64,000 nucleotides of DNA from Macrostomum lignano (taxonomy: Eukaryota), in assembly GCA_002269645.1 (NCBI GenBank), contig NIVC01000505.1, positions 133,988-197,987 on the forward strand. Direction: 5' to 3'. Below are positions 12,446-26,036 of this stretch, piece after piece. The translations under genes were made by a program, and so were the position numbers. The stretch's first letter is position 1. Every line of letters starts with the position of its first letter. The notes under the pieces are model-generated. The model did not search any database. It was not told the origin of the DNA and worked only from the letters and a program-made list of their open reading frames with translations.

Positions 12446-12912
12446 CACTCAGCAACATTGAAAAGTTTCCACCCTCGCGCCAGCCGTGTATATTTAGAGT
12501 TTCAAAACTGGTTTTTGTCGCCAGACTTGTGCCATAGACGATTGATGATTTCGTCAACACGCACTTGCGTCATTGATGCTTCATGTGGTGGCGTGGGGAG
12601 CAGCGTCCTCCAAGACGACAACGCCCCACCGCATCGCGCAGCCGCTGTGGCGCATCTGAAGGAGCTGCTGCACCTGAACCTTGCGCTGGCCGTCCCGATC
12701 ACCGGACATGAATCCCATAGAGCACGTTTGAGATAACCCGAAGCGCTCGATTCGGTGCGACAACCCGCCGCAAAACGTTGCCCAACTGCGCGAATCACTG
12801 TAGAACTGCATGGCAACAACTACCGCAAGATTTTCTGCGACGCCTGGTTCTGGGGATGCCCCGGAGAGTGAGCGCTCTGCTGCACGCACGTGGCTGCTAT
12901 ACGCGTTACTGA
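12446..12912 (+). mobile_element. Tc1-like transposase remnant (pseudogene) in Caskin intron 3
   Basis: Frameshifted QDDNAPPHRA, PSRSPDMNPIEHV, PPQNVAQLRESL, LVLGMPRRVSALLHARGCYTRY. Possible left end TA|CACTC; right TIR not found. Confidence 0.8.
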
Positions 12913-13732
12913 CCCTGTTCTGGGCAAGTTGTCACCCATGCTCGCGTACTTTGTTTCTTTGCTGCATGTTCCTTTGCTTCGTTCGAATCCGGATTATATA
13001 TTTGTCTATCGCTCAAACCAAACATGTTTCGTCTATGGTAATTTCAGACTGTTCCGCTTAAATTTTCGTTCCAGACGTTTAGTCTATGGCCATCATTTGG
13101 CTTGCGCCAAGTGGAAAATGCCTATGACACAAATCCCTAGAATCACTCAGTGAACAATTCCCGTCTGGGAAGTTGTGTCCTAGCCGTTTTGAATTGGTTT
13201 TTGGACGAAACTAGACACAATTTCACTATCGAGAGTTCACGCCTCACACACAACTATCATAGCGTCGAGGCCGGTAACCTCTTGATAATCATACATTGCA
13301 ACGAACCTAGCCAAAAGTTCTGCTTATTCTGGATAAGACATTCCGCACTAATTTCATTGAATAACAGCAAACGGTTGGGAAGGTCTTTCGCTTTACGTAG
13401 TTAAATTGTTTCTTTGTCCTAAGATTCTCAATCTTCATTGGGCAAAACCTATAAAAGACAGCATTTTACATGTTACATGTGAAGTTTTCTTTGTCTCTCT
13501 CAAATCTCTTGACTGACTGACAATGTCTTTTGTTGCCGTTGCCTGTTGTGAAACCTCTCCAATTGATGTATTCAGCCTAGAAAACACAGCACTGTACTTT
13601 CGCGTATCAATGCGTTTTCGAGAAAATTTATATTAAAAATTCCTTCGATGATGTGGCCCTTCCTGTCTGGCTCTTGTCTTATGTTTTACACAAATATTAA
13701 AGGTGCTAAAACGTACAGAAACAGGCTCATAC

Positions 13733-13830
13733 CTCTGGAATCCTGCAGTTCCACTCTGCCTCCGTGCTCAAGCAGAACTTGCAACATCTGAGGACTACCA
13801 GTGAAAGCGGCCTGATGCAGAGCTGACATG
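13733..13830 (-). CDS. CASKIN: Caskin exon 3, ankyrin repeat
   Basis: ttgcag|C ATG...G|gtatga. Encodes MSALHQAAFTGSPQMLQVLLEHGGRVELQDSRG (ANK consensus). Confidence 0.92.
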
Positions 13831-15149
13831 CTGCAATGGGACCAGATCGATAAACATAAATTAGCTTGTTAGAACTTATAAATCTGTCAGAGAAAGTTGC
13901 AGATTTTTATCTGCATAGCAGCACAAGATTTCTGCCCAAACTGTAAAAAAATACAACGGTTTGAAGGGCCAACCAGAAACCATGGGGCTGGTAACCAATC
14001 CGTTTGCTTGCAAGTCTTTCATTCCTTGGTCTTTTTTCACCATATCATGCGCTTAGGTCTTCAATCTGGATTCTGAGGATTTGAAAGCTTCATCAACATT
14101 AAAACTAAAATTGCATACTGCAAAACTTTTCATTTCTGTCATTTTGAAAATAGAAGCCTGTGTACTTTTAAACTTTTTTTCCTAACTGAAATCGGATTGT
14201 GACTCGAGAGTGCTAATGGATTTTAGTGAATGCGACTTAGGCATTAAGCTTTGTTCGCTGATGGAGCTGATCGAACCGCTAATCCAGCTCAATATAGTAA
14301 TTACTCAGAATTCAAGCCACCGATTTGAAACTGTCTTAAAATAGGTGACAAATTATCACTAAGAATTTATGCCAGCCTTGTATAGGACTCCGTAAAGCGT
14401 GTCAAAAAAGTCCCATCATCAATCAGCAGACATCTCATCATCAATCAGCTGATATCCCATCATCAATCAGCAGATATACCATTATCAATCATTAAATATC
14501 CCATCATCAATCAGCAGATATCCCATCATCAATCAGCAGATATCCATGGATTTAAGTAATAATATATTTACAAAAATTTTACTAAATATTGCAGGCTTCA
14601 CCACATCACAGCTCTATTAATGCAATGGTTACTGGTTACTTAACTTTTGGCTGACACTGAAACGAGAAAATGAAACTAGTCAAGAAGCAATATACAGCAG
14701 CAGACTGAAGCTGAATGTATATCTAAATATATATATGCAGCTCCCAGCCTCTCTAGGGAGAAATAATTTAGGGAGAATTTCTGTCCATCAGCACTTCCCC
14801 ATCGGAAAGTCATCATGGAATTCGAGCTATTTTCGATACAAATTCCTCATGGTTGAAACCATGCAACATCATTGCTGGATGGGAAAAATGAACACAACAA
14901 TATGCTTATCCTCTGCGCCACCGAAAATGAAAGTTAAAAGTGGTGTGTGAGTCACCGGGCCATCCGGGTTGAACTGCTGCTAGCAATACAGGGTCACTAC
15001 AGAATCGTTTCAACCTTTATTTCGTTTCAATTATTTATATGTATCGGAAAAGCGCTTCAATTTGTATTGATGCTGGGATTGTGTCTCATCTTTTCTAATC
15101 TAGTTCTTGACTTTGTCTCCGATATCTATCTCTCACCTGGGATGTCCAT

Positions 15150-15960
15150 CTCCCATCTCTATCCCTGATCAATCTTCCATCTCTATCTCATATCAATCTC
15201 CCATCTCTATCTCATATCAATCTCCCATCTCTATCTCATATCAATCTCCCATCTCTATCTCATATCAATCTCCCATCTCTATCTCATATCAATCTCCCAT
15301 CTCTATCCCATATCAGTCTCTCATCTCTATCCCATATCAATCTCTCATCTCTACATCATCAATCTCTCATCTCTACATCATCAATCTCTCATCTCTATCC
15401 CATATCAATCTCTCATCTCTATCCCATATCAATCTCTCATCTCTACATCATCAATCTCTCATCTCTATCCCATATCAATCTCTCATCTCTATCCCATATC
15501 AATCTCTCATCTCTATCCCATATCAATCTCTCATCTCTATCCCATATCAGTCTCTCATCTCTATCCCATATCAATCTCCCATCTCTATCCCATATCAGTC
15601 TCTCATCTCTATCCCATATCAATCTCTCATCTCCATCTCATATCAATCTCCCATCTCTATCCCATATCAGTCTCTCATCTCTATCCCATATCAATCTTTC
15701 ATCTCTACATCATCAATCTCTCATCTCCATCTCATATCAATCTCTCATCTCCATCTCATATCAATCTCTTATCTCCATCTCATATCAATCTCTCATCTCT
15801 ATCTCATATCAATCTCTCATCTCTATCCCATATCAATCTTTCATCTCTACATCATCAATCTCTCATCTCCATCTCATATCAATCTCTCATCTCTATCTCA
15901 TATAAATCTCTCATCTCTATCTCATTTCGATCTCTTAAACCCCATCTCATTATAATCTCA
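15150..15960. repeat. 24-nt CT-rich minisatellite
   Basis: CTCTAT(C/T)(C/T)CATATCAATCTC(C/T)CAT units. Explains ORF 15107-15955. Confidence 0.92.
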
Positions 15961-16427
15961 AATCTTTCTACTGCAATAAGCTGAATGTTCGCCAACCAAC
16001 TGCTCCATCTACTGTACTCAATTAACCTTCATTACACAAGAGCTACAAGTTGCCACACGAGAAAAAAAGCAGTCTTACAGAGCTTCTGCAAGGCAGAAAG
16101 AGTTCTGCCAAGTCCGTCTTCCAGTAGCCAACTGGAAATGTATTGATCTCTAGAAGCGAGTAAGTTTGCTCTGGTTGAAGTGTTTCACTGGTTGCTATTC
16201 CTCATCTGCCAAGTTAACCCTGTCTTCCTTGCCTTCCTTGCAAAAAATTCTCATTCTGCAGAAATTCTAGAGCAAAAAGCAAGCATAAATGTGAGCTGTC
16301 AATCAGAAGTATTTGCTACAATCCGATTGGCTATGAATGAGCAAGTGGGCACTGGATGAGGTATGTATGCTAACCTTAGTTGGGAATAGTGAAAGTTCTA
16401 GTTCTAATCCCTCTGAAGATAGTCTTG

Positions 16428-19400
16428 TCCTCAGTTTAGGCGCCATAGAATCCTCAGTTTAGGAGCCATAGAATCCTCAGTTTTAGAGCCATAGAATTCT
16501 CAGTTTAAGCGCCATAGAGTCCTCAGTTTAAGCGCCATAGAATTCTCAGTTTAAGCGCCATAGAGTCCTCAGTTTAAGCGCCATAGAATCCTCAGTTTAA
16601 GCGCCATAGAATCATCAGTTTAAGCGCCATAGAATCCTCAGTTTAAGCACCATAGAATCCTCAGTTTAAGCGCCATAGAATCCTCAGTTTAAGCGCCATA
16701 GAGTCCTCAGTTTTAGAGCCATAGAATCCTCAGTTTTAGAGCCATATAATCCTCAGTTTTAGAGCCATAGAATCCTCAGTTTAAGCACCATAGAATCCTC
16801 AGTTTAAGCACCATAGAATCCTCAGTTTAAGCGCCATAGAATCCTCAGTTTAAGCACCATAGAATCCTCAGTTTAAGCACCATAGAATCCTCAGTTTAAG
16901 CGCTATAGAATCCTCAGTTTAAGCACCATAGAATCCTCAGTTTTAGAGCCATAGAATCCTCAGTTTTAGAGCCATATAATCCTCAGTTTTAGAGCCATAG
17001 AATCCTCAGTTTTAAAGCCATATAATCCTCAGTTTTAGAGCCATAGAATCCTCAGTTTAAGCGCCATAGAATCCTCAGTTTAAGCACCATAGAATCCTCA
17101 GTTTAAGCACCATAGAATCCTCAGTTTAAGCACCATAGAATCCTCAGTTAAGGCGCCATAGAATCCTCAGTTTAAGCGCCATAGAGTCCTCAGTTTAAGC
17201 GCCATAGAATCCTCAGTTTAAGCGCCATAGAATCCTCAGTTTAAGCGCCATAGAATCCTCAGTTTAAGCACCATAGAATCCTCAGTTTAAGCGCCATAGA
17301 ATCCTCAGTTTAAGCGCCATAGAGTCCTCAGTTTAAGCACCATAGAATCCTCAGTTTAAGCACCATAGAATCCTCAGTTTAAGCACCATAGAATCCTCAG
17401 TTTAAGCACCATAGAATCCTCAGTTTAAGCGCCATAGAATCCTCAGTTTAAGCACCATAGAGTCCTCAGTTTAAGCACCATAGAATCCTCAGTTTAAGCA
17501 CCATAGAATCCTCAGTTTAAGCACCATAGAATCCTCAGTTTAAGCACCATAGAATCCTCAGTTTAGGCGCCATAGAATCCTCAGTTTAAGCACCATAGAA
17601 TCCTCAGTTTAAGCACCATAGAATCCTCAGTTTAAGCACCATAGAATCCTCAGTTAAGGCGCCATAGAATCCTCAGTTTAAGCACCATAGAATCCTCAGT
17701 TTAAGCGCCATAGAATCCTCAGTTTAAGCGTCATAGAATCCTCAGTTTAAGCACCATAGAATCCTCAGTTTAAGCGCCATAGAGTCCTCAGTTTTAGAGC
17801 CATAGAATCCTCAGTTTTAGAGCCATATAATCCTCAGTTTTAGAGCCATAGAATCCTCAGTTTAAGCGCCATAGAGTCCTCAGTTTAAGCGCCATAGAAT
17901 CCTCAGTTTAAGCGCCATAGAATCCTCAGTTTAAGCACCATAGAGTCCTCAGTTTAAGCACCATAGAATCCTCAGTTTAAGCACCATAGAATCCTCAGTT
18001 TAAGCACCATAGAATCCTCAGTTTAAGCACCATAGAATCCTCAGTTTAAGCACCATAGAATCCTCAGTTAAGGCGCCATAGAATCCTCAGTTTAAGCACC
18101 ATAGAATCCTCAGTTTAAGCGCCATAGAATCCTCAGTTTAAGCGTCATAGAATCCTCAGTTTAAGCACCATAGAATCCTCAGTTTAAGCACCATAGAATC
18201 CTCAGTTTAAGCGCCATAGAATCCTCAGTTTAAGCACCATAGAATCCTCAGTTTAAGCACCATAGAATCCTCAGTTTAAGCGCCATAGAATCCTCAGTTT
18301 AAGCACCATAGAATCCTCAGTTTAAGCACCATAGAATCCTCAGTTAAGGCGCCATAGAATCCTCAGTTTAAGCACCATAGAATCCTCAGTTTAAGCGCCA
18401 TAGAATCCTCAGTTTAAGCGTCATAGAATCCTCAGTTTAAGCACCATAGAATCCTCAGTTTAAGCACCATAGAATCCTCAGTTTAAGCGCCATAGAATCC
18501 TCAGTTTAAGCACCATAGAATCCTCAGTTTAAGCACCATAGAATCCTCAGTTTAGGCGCCATAGAATCCTCAGTTTAAGCACCATAGAATCCTCAGTTTA
18601 AGCACCATAGAATCCTCAGTTTAAGCACCATAGAATCCTCAGTTAAGGCGCCATAGAATCCTCAGTTTAAGCACCATAGAATCCTCAGTTTAAGCGCCAT
18701 AGAATCCTCAGTTTAAGCGTCATAGAATCCTCAGTTTAAGCACCATAGAATCCTCAGTTTAAGCGCCATAGAGTCCTCAGTTTTAGAGCCATAGAATCCT
18801 CAGTTTTAGAGCCATATAATCCTCAGTTTTAGAGCCATAGAATCCTCAGTTTAAGCGCCATAGAGTCCTCAGTTTAAGCGCCATAGAATCCTCAGTTTAA
18901 GCGCCATAGAATCCTCAGTTTAAGCACCATAGAGTCCTCAGTTTAAGCACCATAGAATCCTCAGTTTAAGCACCATAGAATCCTCAGTTTAAGCACCATA
19001 GAATCCTCAGTTTAAGCACCATAGAATCCTCAGTTTAAGCACCATAGAATCCTCAGTTAAGGCGCCATAGAATCCTCAGTTTAAGCACCATAGAATCCTC
19101 AGTTTAAGCGCCATAGAATCCTCAGTTTAAGCGTCATAGAATCCTCAGTTTAAGCACCATAGAATCCTCAGTTTAAGCACCATAGAATCCTCAGTTTAAG
19201 CGCCATAGAATCCTCAGTTTAAGCGTCATAGAATCCTCAGTTTAAGCACCATAGAATCCTCAGTTTAAGCGCCATAGAGTCCTCAGTTTTAGAGCCATAG
19301 AATCCTCAGTTTTAGAGCCATATAATCCTCAGTTTTAGAGCCATAGAATCCTCAGTTTAAGCGCCATAGAGTCCTCAGTTTAAGCGCCATAGAATCCTCA

Positions 19401-21211
19401 GTTTAAGCGCCATAGAATCCTCAGTTTAAGCACCATAGAGTCCTCAGTTTAAGCACCATAGAATCCTCAGTTTAAGCACCATAGAATCCTCAGTTTAAGC
19501 ACCATAGAATCCTCAGTTTAAGCACCATAGAATCCTCAGTTTAAGCACCATAGAATCCTCAGTTAAGGCGCCATAGAATCCTCAGTTTAAGCACCATAGA
19601 ATCCTCAGTTTAAGCGCCATAGAATCCTCAGTTTAAGCGTCATAGAATCCTCAGTTTAAGCACCATAGAATCCTCAGTTTAAGCACCATAGAATCCTCAG
19701 TTTAAGCGCCATAGAATCCTCAGTTTAAGCACCATAGAATCCTCAGTTTAAGCACCATAGAATCCTCAGTTTAAGCGCCATAGAATCCTCAGTTTAAGCG
19801 CCATAGAATCCTCAGTTTAAGCACCATAGAATCCTCAGTTTAAGCGCCATAGAATCCTCAGTTTAGGCGCCATAGAATCCTCAGTTTAAGCGCCATAGAG
19901 TCCTCAGTTTAAGCACCATAGAATCCTCAGTTTAAGCACCATAGAATCCTCAGTTTAAGCGCCATAGAATCCTCAGTTTAAGCGCCATAGAATCCTCAGT
20001 TTAGGCGCCATAGAATCCTCAGTTTAGGCGCCATAGAATCCTCAGTTTAAGCGCCATAGAATCCTCAGTTTAAGCGCCATAGAATCCTCAGTTTAGGCGC
20101 CATAGAATCCTCAGTTTAAGCACCATAGAATCCTCAGTTTAAGCACCATAGAATCCTCAGTTTAAGCACCATAGAATCCTCAGTTTAAGCGCCATAGAAT
20201 CCTCAGTTTAAGCACCATAGAATCCTCAGTTTAAGCGCCATAGAATCCTCAGTTTAAGCACCATAGAGTCCTCAGTTTAAGCACCATAGAATCCTCAGTT
20301 TAAGCACCATAGAATCCTCAGTTTAAGCACCATAGAATCCTCAGTTTAAGCGCCATAGAATCCTCAGTTTAAGCGCCATAGAATCCTCAGTTTAGGCGCC
20401 ATAGAATCCTCAGTTTAAGCACCATAGAATCCTCAGTTTAAGCGCCATAGAATCCTCAGTTTAAGCGCCATAGAGTCCTCAGTTTAAGCACCATAGAATC
20501 CTCAGTTTAAGCACCATAGAATCCTCAGTTTAAGCGCCATAGAATCCTCAGTTTAAGCGCCATAGAATCCTCAGTTTAGGCGCCATAGAATCCTCAGTTT
20601 AGGCGCCATAGAATCCTCAGTTTAAGCGCCATAGAATCCTCAGTTTAAGCACCATAGAGTCCTCAGTTTAAGCACCATAGAATCCTCAGTTTAAGCACCA
20701 TAGAATCCTCAGTTTAAGCACCATAGAATCCTCAGTTTAAGCGCCATAGAATCCTCAGTTTAAGCGCCATAGAATCCTCAGTTTAGGCGCCATAGAATCC
20801 TCAGTTTAAGCACCATAGAATCCTCAGTTTAAGCGCCATAGAATCCTCAGTTTAAGCGCCATAGAATCCTCAGTTTAGGCGCCATAGAATCCTCAGTTTA
20901 AGCACCATAGAATCCTCAGTTTAAGCGCCATAGAATCCTCAGTTTAAGCGCCATAGAGTCCTCAGTTTAAGCACCATAGAATCCTCAGTTTAAGCACCAT
21001 AGAATCCTCAGTTTAAGCGCCATAGAATCCTCAGTTTAAGCGCCATAGAATCCTCAGTTTAGGCGCCATAGAATCCTCAGTTTAGGCGCCATAGAATCCT
21101 CAGTTTAAGCGCCATAGAATCCTCAGTTTAAGCGCCATAGAATCCTCAGTTTAAGCGCCATAGAATCCTCAGTTTAGGCGCCATAGAATCCTCAGTTTAA
21201 GCACCATAGAA
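16428..21211. repeat. 23-nt satellite, ~4.8 kb, ~200 copies
   Basis: Unit CCATAGAATCCTCAGTTTAAGC(G/A). Confidence 0.98.
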
Positions 21212-22630
21212 TTTTACTGACTACAACCTACAACCAAAGACTTTTCAGTAACTTTATCACTGGATTAAGAAGTCCTTAACTACATCCTTCAACAAGAGCT
21301 GAGTTACAACCTGAGTAGCAATGATGCTCACCGAGTCCTGCTGTCTATGGCGCCACCCAGCAAGCGAGCCTGGTGACATTTTCTACTATTGCAAACGCAA
21401 TTACACGGCTTCCTTTTGTTTGCAACCGTGTTGCTGCTGCTGCTGCCGACAGTCCTGGACATGTCAGCTTTGGGAACTGATGGGACGAGTACAGATGAAA
21501 AAAATGTGTTGGGAGAGAGAATAGCAGATGATGAAGAATTGTACGAACTGTAGTTCAGTGGAGGAAATGATGTGGATAGCTGTGCAAATAGTTGGAGAAT
21601 GAATTTTTAGCCAGCAACGGAGAATGAGCTGCGGGAGAGTGCTCAAATATCCTACTCAAAACCTCGGTTTCGTCCCCATAAATGGGAGTTGAAGCCTCAT
21701 TGCGTGTCCCCGAGGGTTCTCAACCAATGAGGATCTAGCAGGCCTAGAGGATATTGCCAGTAAGATCTTCTCCGGGTCTTTCACACCATCTGCAGACTGC
21801 AGGCAAACCGCTAAACAGATCCGTTGTGTGTCATATTTGCTAGGAAAATAAGCTTTAACCCGATATAGTCTTAACTGGATCACGGAAATATGTTTATCCA
21901 TCTGAGCTTATTTCAATCTATAATTTGGAGTATCTGAGCCACATAGAACAAATTAATTGCTTGTACAAATGCATGAGTTGTGTTTTCTAATTTCTGACAC
22001 AGTTTCTGCTTTCTAGCACTGGCCGCAGGCCAAGCCAAGCCGCAAGTCAATGTTGGCCGACGAATGCTGAATGCTTGGCCCAGTATCTCACCATCATCCC
22101 GCCTGTCTGTCTCGCATTTCATCCCATCCATGCATTTCCTGTGCTTATCTCTGACAATACTCCGCCCAGCGCTATGCCGGCAGCTCTGGCAAGGGCCAGA
22201 AACGTCTCCTCCTAGAGGAGAGCCCCGCAGAGGAACAGGCGATGACAAGGCAATCATTGAAGACTGATGGCGAGGCCTGTAGCCGTAGGGTGTGTCAGAG
22301 TCTTAACAGCCCAAACAAGATGGATGCAAAGAACGAAAATGGAGAACAAGCATGCAAGAGAGAGAAATGAAGCAGAGCCAGCAGGCTGGGTTCAAGGCCA
22401 ACAGATTAGATCAACAGGGTTCGATTTATTGGAATCCGGTTTGAGCAGCTGTTGAGATGCATGCAGTGCTCATGCAGTTTGAGTCTATAGCTTAAGCCTT
22501 GAGTTCACGGCCCCATCCTCTACTGAATCGTGAGGTCAAGAAAATCTACTGCGCATAAATTAACATTCTGTTGGAAATGTTTTGATGCTTTTACATTTTT
22601 ATAGAAATTTATCCTAGATAATGTCTTATG

Positions 22631-23840
22631 TTAGACACTGGAGTCTCATCTTAGACACTGGAGTCTCATCTTAGACACTGGAGTCTCATCTTAGACACTG
22701 GAGTCTCATCTTAGACACTGGAGTCTCATCTTAGACACTGGAGTCTCATCTTAGACACTGGAGTCTCATCCTAGACACTGGAGTCTCATCCTAGACACTG
22801 GAGTCTCATCTTAGACACTGGAGTCTCATCTTAGACACTGGAGTCTCATCTTAGACACTGGAGTCTCATCTTAGAGTTTTGTGTTGGCTAGAAGAGTCTC
22901 GTGTTGGATAGAAGAGTCTCCTGTTGGATAGAAGAGTCTCCTGTCAGATAGAAGAGTCTCGTGTTGGATAGAAGAGTCTCGTGTTGGATAGAAGAGTCTC
23001 GTGTTGGATAGAAGAGTCTCCTGTCAGATAGAAGAGTCTCGTGTTGGATAGAAGAGTCTCGTGTTAGATAGAAGAGTCTCCTGTCAGATAGAAGAGTCTC
23101 GTGTTGGATAGAAGAGTCTCCTGTCAGATAGAAGAGTCTCGTGTTGGATAGAAGAGTCTAGTGTTGGATAGAAGAGTCTCGTGTTGGATAGAAGAGTCTC
23201 GTGTTGGATAGAAGAGTCGCCTGTTGGATAGAAGAGTCTCGTGTTGGATAGAAGAGTCTCGTGTTGGATAGAAGAGTCTCGTGTTGGATAGAAGAGTCTC
23301 GTGTTGGATAGAAGAGTCTCGTGTTGGATAGAAGAGTCTCCTGTCAGATAGAAGAGTCTCGTGTTGGATAGAAGAGTCTCGTGTTAGATAGAAGAGTCTC
23401 CTGTCAGATAGAAGAGTCTCGTGTTGGATAGAAGAGTCTCGTGTTGGATAGAAGAGTCTCGTGTTGGATAGAAGAGTCTCCTGTTGGATAGAAGAGTCTC
23501 CTGTTGGATAGAAGAGTCTCTTGTTGGATAGAAGAGTCTCGTGTTGGATAGAAGAGTCTCGTGTTGGATAGAAGAGTCTCGTGTTGGATAGAAGAGTCTC
23601 GTGTTGGATAGAAGAATCTCCTGTTGGTTAGAAGAGTCTCGTGTTGGATAGAAGAGTCTCGTGTTGGATAGAAGAGTCTCCTGTTGGATAGAAGAGTCTC
23701 GTGTTGGATAGAAGAATCTCCTGTTGGTTAGAAGAGTCTCGTGTTGGATAGAAGAGTCTCGTGTTGGATAGAAGAGTCTCCTGTTGGATAGAAGAGTCTC
23801 GTGTTGGATAGAAGAGTATCGTGTTGGATAGACGAGTCTC
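22631..23840. repeat. Two adjoining 20-nt minisatellites
   Basis: TTAGACACTGGAGTCTCATC (22631-22875), then GTGTTGGATAGAAGAGTCTC (22889-23840). Confidence 0.95.
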
Positions 23841-24131
23841 ATATCTGACTAAGTCACCCTGTCAGCACAAATATAAAATAATGCTTATTAAACCTCAATA
23901 GCAGCAGTGGAACGTATAGAATAGAAAGTATAGAATTTCTACAAAAAACAAGTTCGCAAAAAATTGGAAAACTGCGTGCACTTCGAGCAAAATGAATGCA
24001 GACCCACGCTTGCATATTTTACACTGCAATTGAACAGTCTTACGCCTCTCATTAGAGTTTTACAGTCTCCCACTTTTCGCGTCCTGTCCCAGTTTTCAGC
24101 CCGAGTATGTTTGCAGTCTAGCAGCACTTAC

Positions 24132-24195
24132 CCGTTCCTCAGCTGCTGGTTCACGCCCAGTCTGTTACGCGACTTCGATGATCCAATTAGATATT
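24132..24195 (-). CDS. CASKIN: Caskin exon 2 (64 nt)
   Basis: ttctag|AA...GG|gtaagt. Phase 1 to 2, exactly bridging exons 1 and 3. Encodes KYLIGSSKSRNRLGVNQQLRNG, leading into the ankyrin repeat. Confidence 0.8.
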
Positions 24196-24299
24196 CTAGA
24201 ATTTGAAATAGAAAACCATCATTACGCTGGGAAAAATTTGCTAAGAGTTTTACTATATATGCTACTGGTGCTAAGTAGAATGTAGCGCTAGTAGTTATA

Positions 24300-24392
24300 C
24301 GAGAGGTCGAAAAACACTGGCCCGCGGGCCAGCGAAGCCCCCCTATCCGGCCATTGAGTCCTTCGAAACTTCACAATAGCAATCCGGCCCGC
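24300..24392. mobile_element. Degenerate hAT-like MITE end; related copy at ~8495-8575
   Basis: GGTCGAAAAACACTGGCCCGCGGGCC resembles hAT/Charlie termini. CTATCCGGCC...TCACA(A/G)TAGCAATCCG is shared by both sites. Confidence 0.4.
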
Positions 24393-25190
24393 TCTCTCCT
24401 CTCCCTTCTCTCTCTCTCCTCCCTCCTCTTTACGAGTACTTTTCTCTCTAATCTCCTCTTCTCTCTCCTCTACGAGTACTTTTCTCTCTAATCTCCTCTT
24501 CTCTCTCCTCTACGAGTACTTTTCTCTCTAATCTCCTCTTCTCTCTCCTCTACGAGTACTTTTCTCTCTAATCTCCTCTTCTCTCTCCTCTACGCGTACT
24601 TTTCTCTCTAATCTCCTCTCTCCTCTCTCCTCTCTATGAGTACTCTTCTCTCTAATCTCCTCTTCTCTCTCCTCTATGAGTACTTTTCTCTCTAATCTCC
24701 TCTCTCCTCTCTCCTCTCTACGAGTACTCTTCTCTCTAATCTCCTCTCCTCTCTCCTCTCTACGAGTACTCTTCTCTCTAATCTCCTCTTCTCTCTCCTC
24801 TATGAGTACTTTTCTCTCTAATCTCCTCTCTCCTCTCTCCTCTCTACGAGTACTCTTCTCTCTAATCTCCTCTCCTCTCTCCTCTCTACGAGTACTCTTC
24901 TCTCTAATCTCCTCTTCTCTCTCCTCTACGAGTACTCTTCTCTCTAATCTCCTCTCCTCTCTCCTCTCTACGAATACTCTTCTCTCTAATCTCCTCTCTC
25001 CTCTCTACGAGTACTCTTCTCTCTACTCTTCGATTCCTTCTTCCTCTCCTCCTCTTTTCTCCTTCCTCCACTCTCCTCTATTCTCTCCTCGTTCTTATCT
25101 TTTATCTCTCTTCTCTCATCTCATATCTCATCTCATCTCCTGTCTCACATCTCCTCTCTTCTCTCTTCTCTCTCATTTGCTCTCTTATCT
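24392..25190. repeat. CT-rich 38-44-nt tandem repeat and low-complexity tract
   Basis: TACGAGTACT(T/C)TTCTCTCTAATCTCCTC units. Confidence 0.9.
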
Positions 25191-25549
25191 CGGTCGCAGC
25201 CATCAGCTAGATTCTTCATCTGGCTCTTGACGTTAAAATTTTTTGCAACCCCCGACTGCATTAAAAGAGTCGTTAATGCAAGATAAAAAATATTTGGTCG
25301 TCTACAGTATTTAGTCTCAATTTCTACTTCAATGTTTACGAAACACTGAGTGAATTGGAAGGCCAGCAAAATTAAGCTTAACATGTACTTTTTACCATTT
25401 ATTAATTGGTCAAGAAATTGACCTTTGGGGTCTCATGCTCCTTCATTCATTCAGCTTCATTACTTAGACAAATAGAAGTATATAAAGTAGAATTGAGAAA
25501 ACCGGAACTCAAGCAAATGGAACTATTAAGAAAGGCAACTAAGAGCGTA

Positions 25550-26036
25550 GAGCTTCCCGCGGCGCTCTGATGCGCCAGCGGCCCAGGCTCGATTCCAAGT
25601 GCAGTCGCATTAATTTGGGGCTAATTTGGAATCTCGGCTTGGCTCTGCTCGTGCAATTAACGGCCTTGAAGGCCAACCCCCAAGGCACAGTGAAGTGTAC
25701 ATGCCGAACGATAAATAAAGTTAGGGCCGCTGTACACTCCTGTGTGAGTGTGTGCCTGTGCGTATGACTGCGTACGTATCCGCGCGCTTGTGTGCCTGCT
25801 CAAGGGGGGGGGTTTCACAAGATCGAAATTTCACAACTTAGAAAACTACTGCATAGTTCTTGTTATATTAAGTTTTCGACGTTGCGAAATTTCGACCTTA
25901 TGAAGTCTCTTGCTAAAGTTTTCGGTGTTGTGAAATTTCCACCTTGTGAAGTTTCGACCTTGTGAAAGTGTCTGCCATTTAAGTTTTCGACGTTGTGAAT
26001 TTTCGACCTTGTGAAAGCACCCCGCTCAGGGGAGTC
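25550..26036 (+). mobile_element. SINE family 2 copy interrupted by a MITE
   Basis: Matches 9180-9400 in inverse orientation; the sequence resumes (GCTCAGGGGAGT) after the MITE. Confidence 0.65.
25807..26023. mobile_element. MITE with G-rich TIRs and ~9-bp TSD (MULE-like)
   Basis: GGGGGGTTTCACAAGATCGAAATTTCACAAC ... GTTGTGAATTTTCGACCTTGTGAAAGCACCCC, flanked by GCTCAAGGG / GCTCAGGGG. Confidence 0.7.

Noticed and set aside
16428-21211. GTTTTAGAGC within some satellite units resembles the start of type II CRISPR repeats
   Set aside because: Units are head-to-tail with no unique spacers, there are no cas genes, and the context is a eukaryotic intron; the match is coincidental.
21320-22460. GC-balanced stretch with several short ORFs
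   Set aside because: All frames are interrupted and show no recognisable motif; possibly a decayed element, but unsupported.
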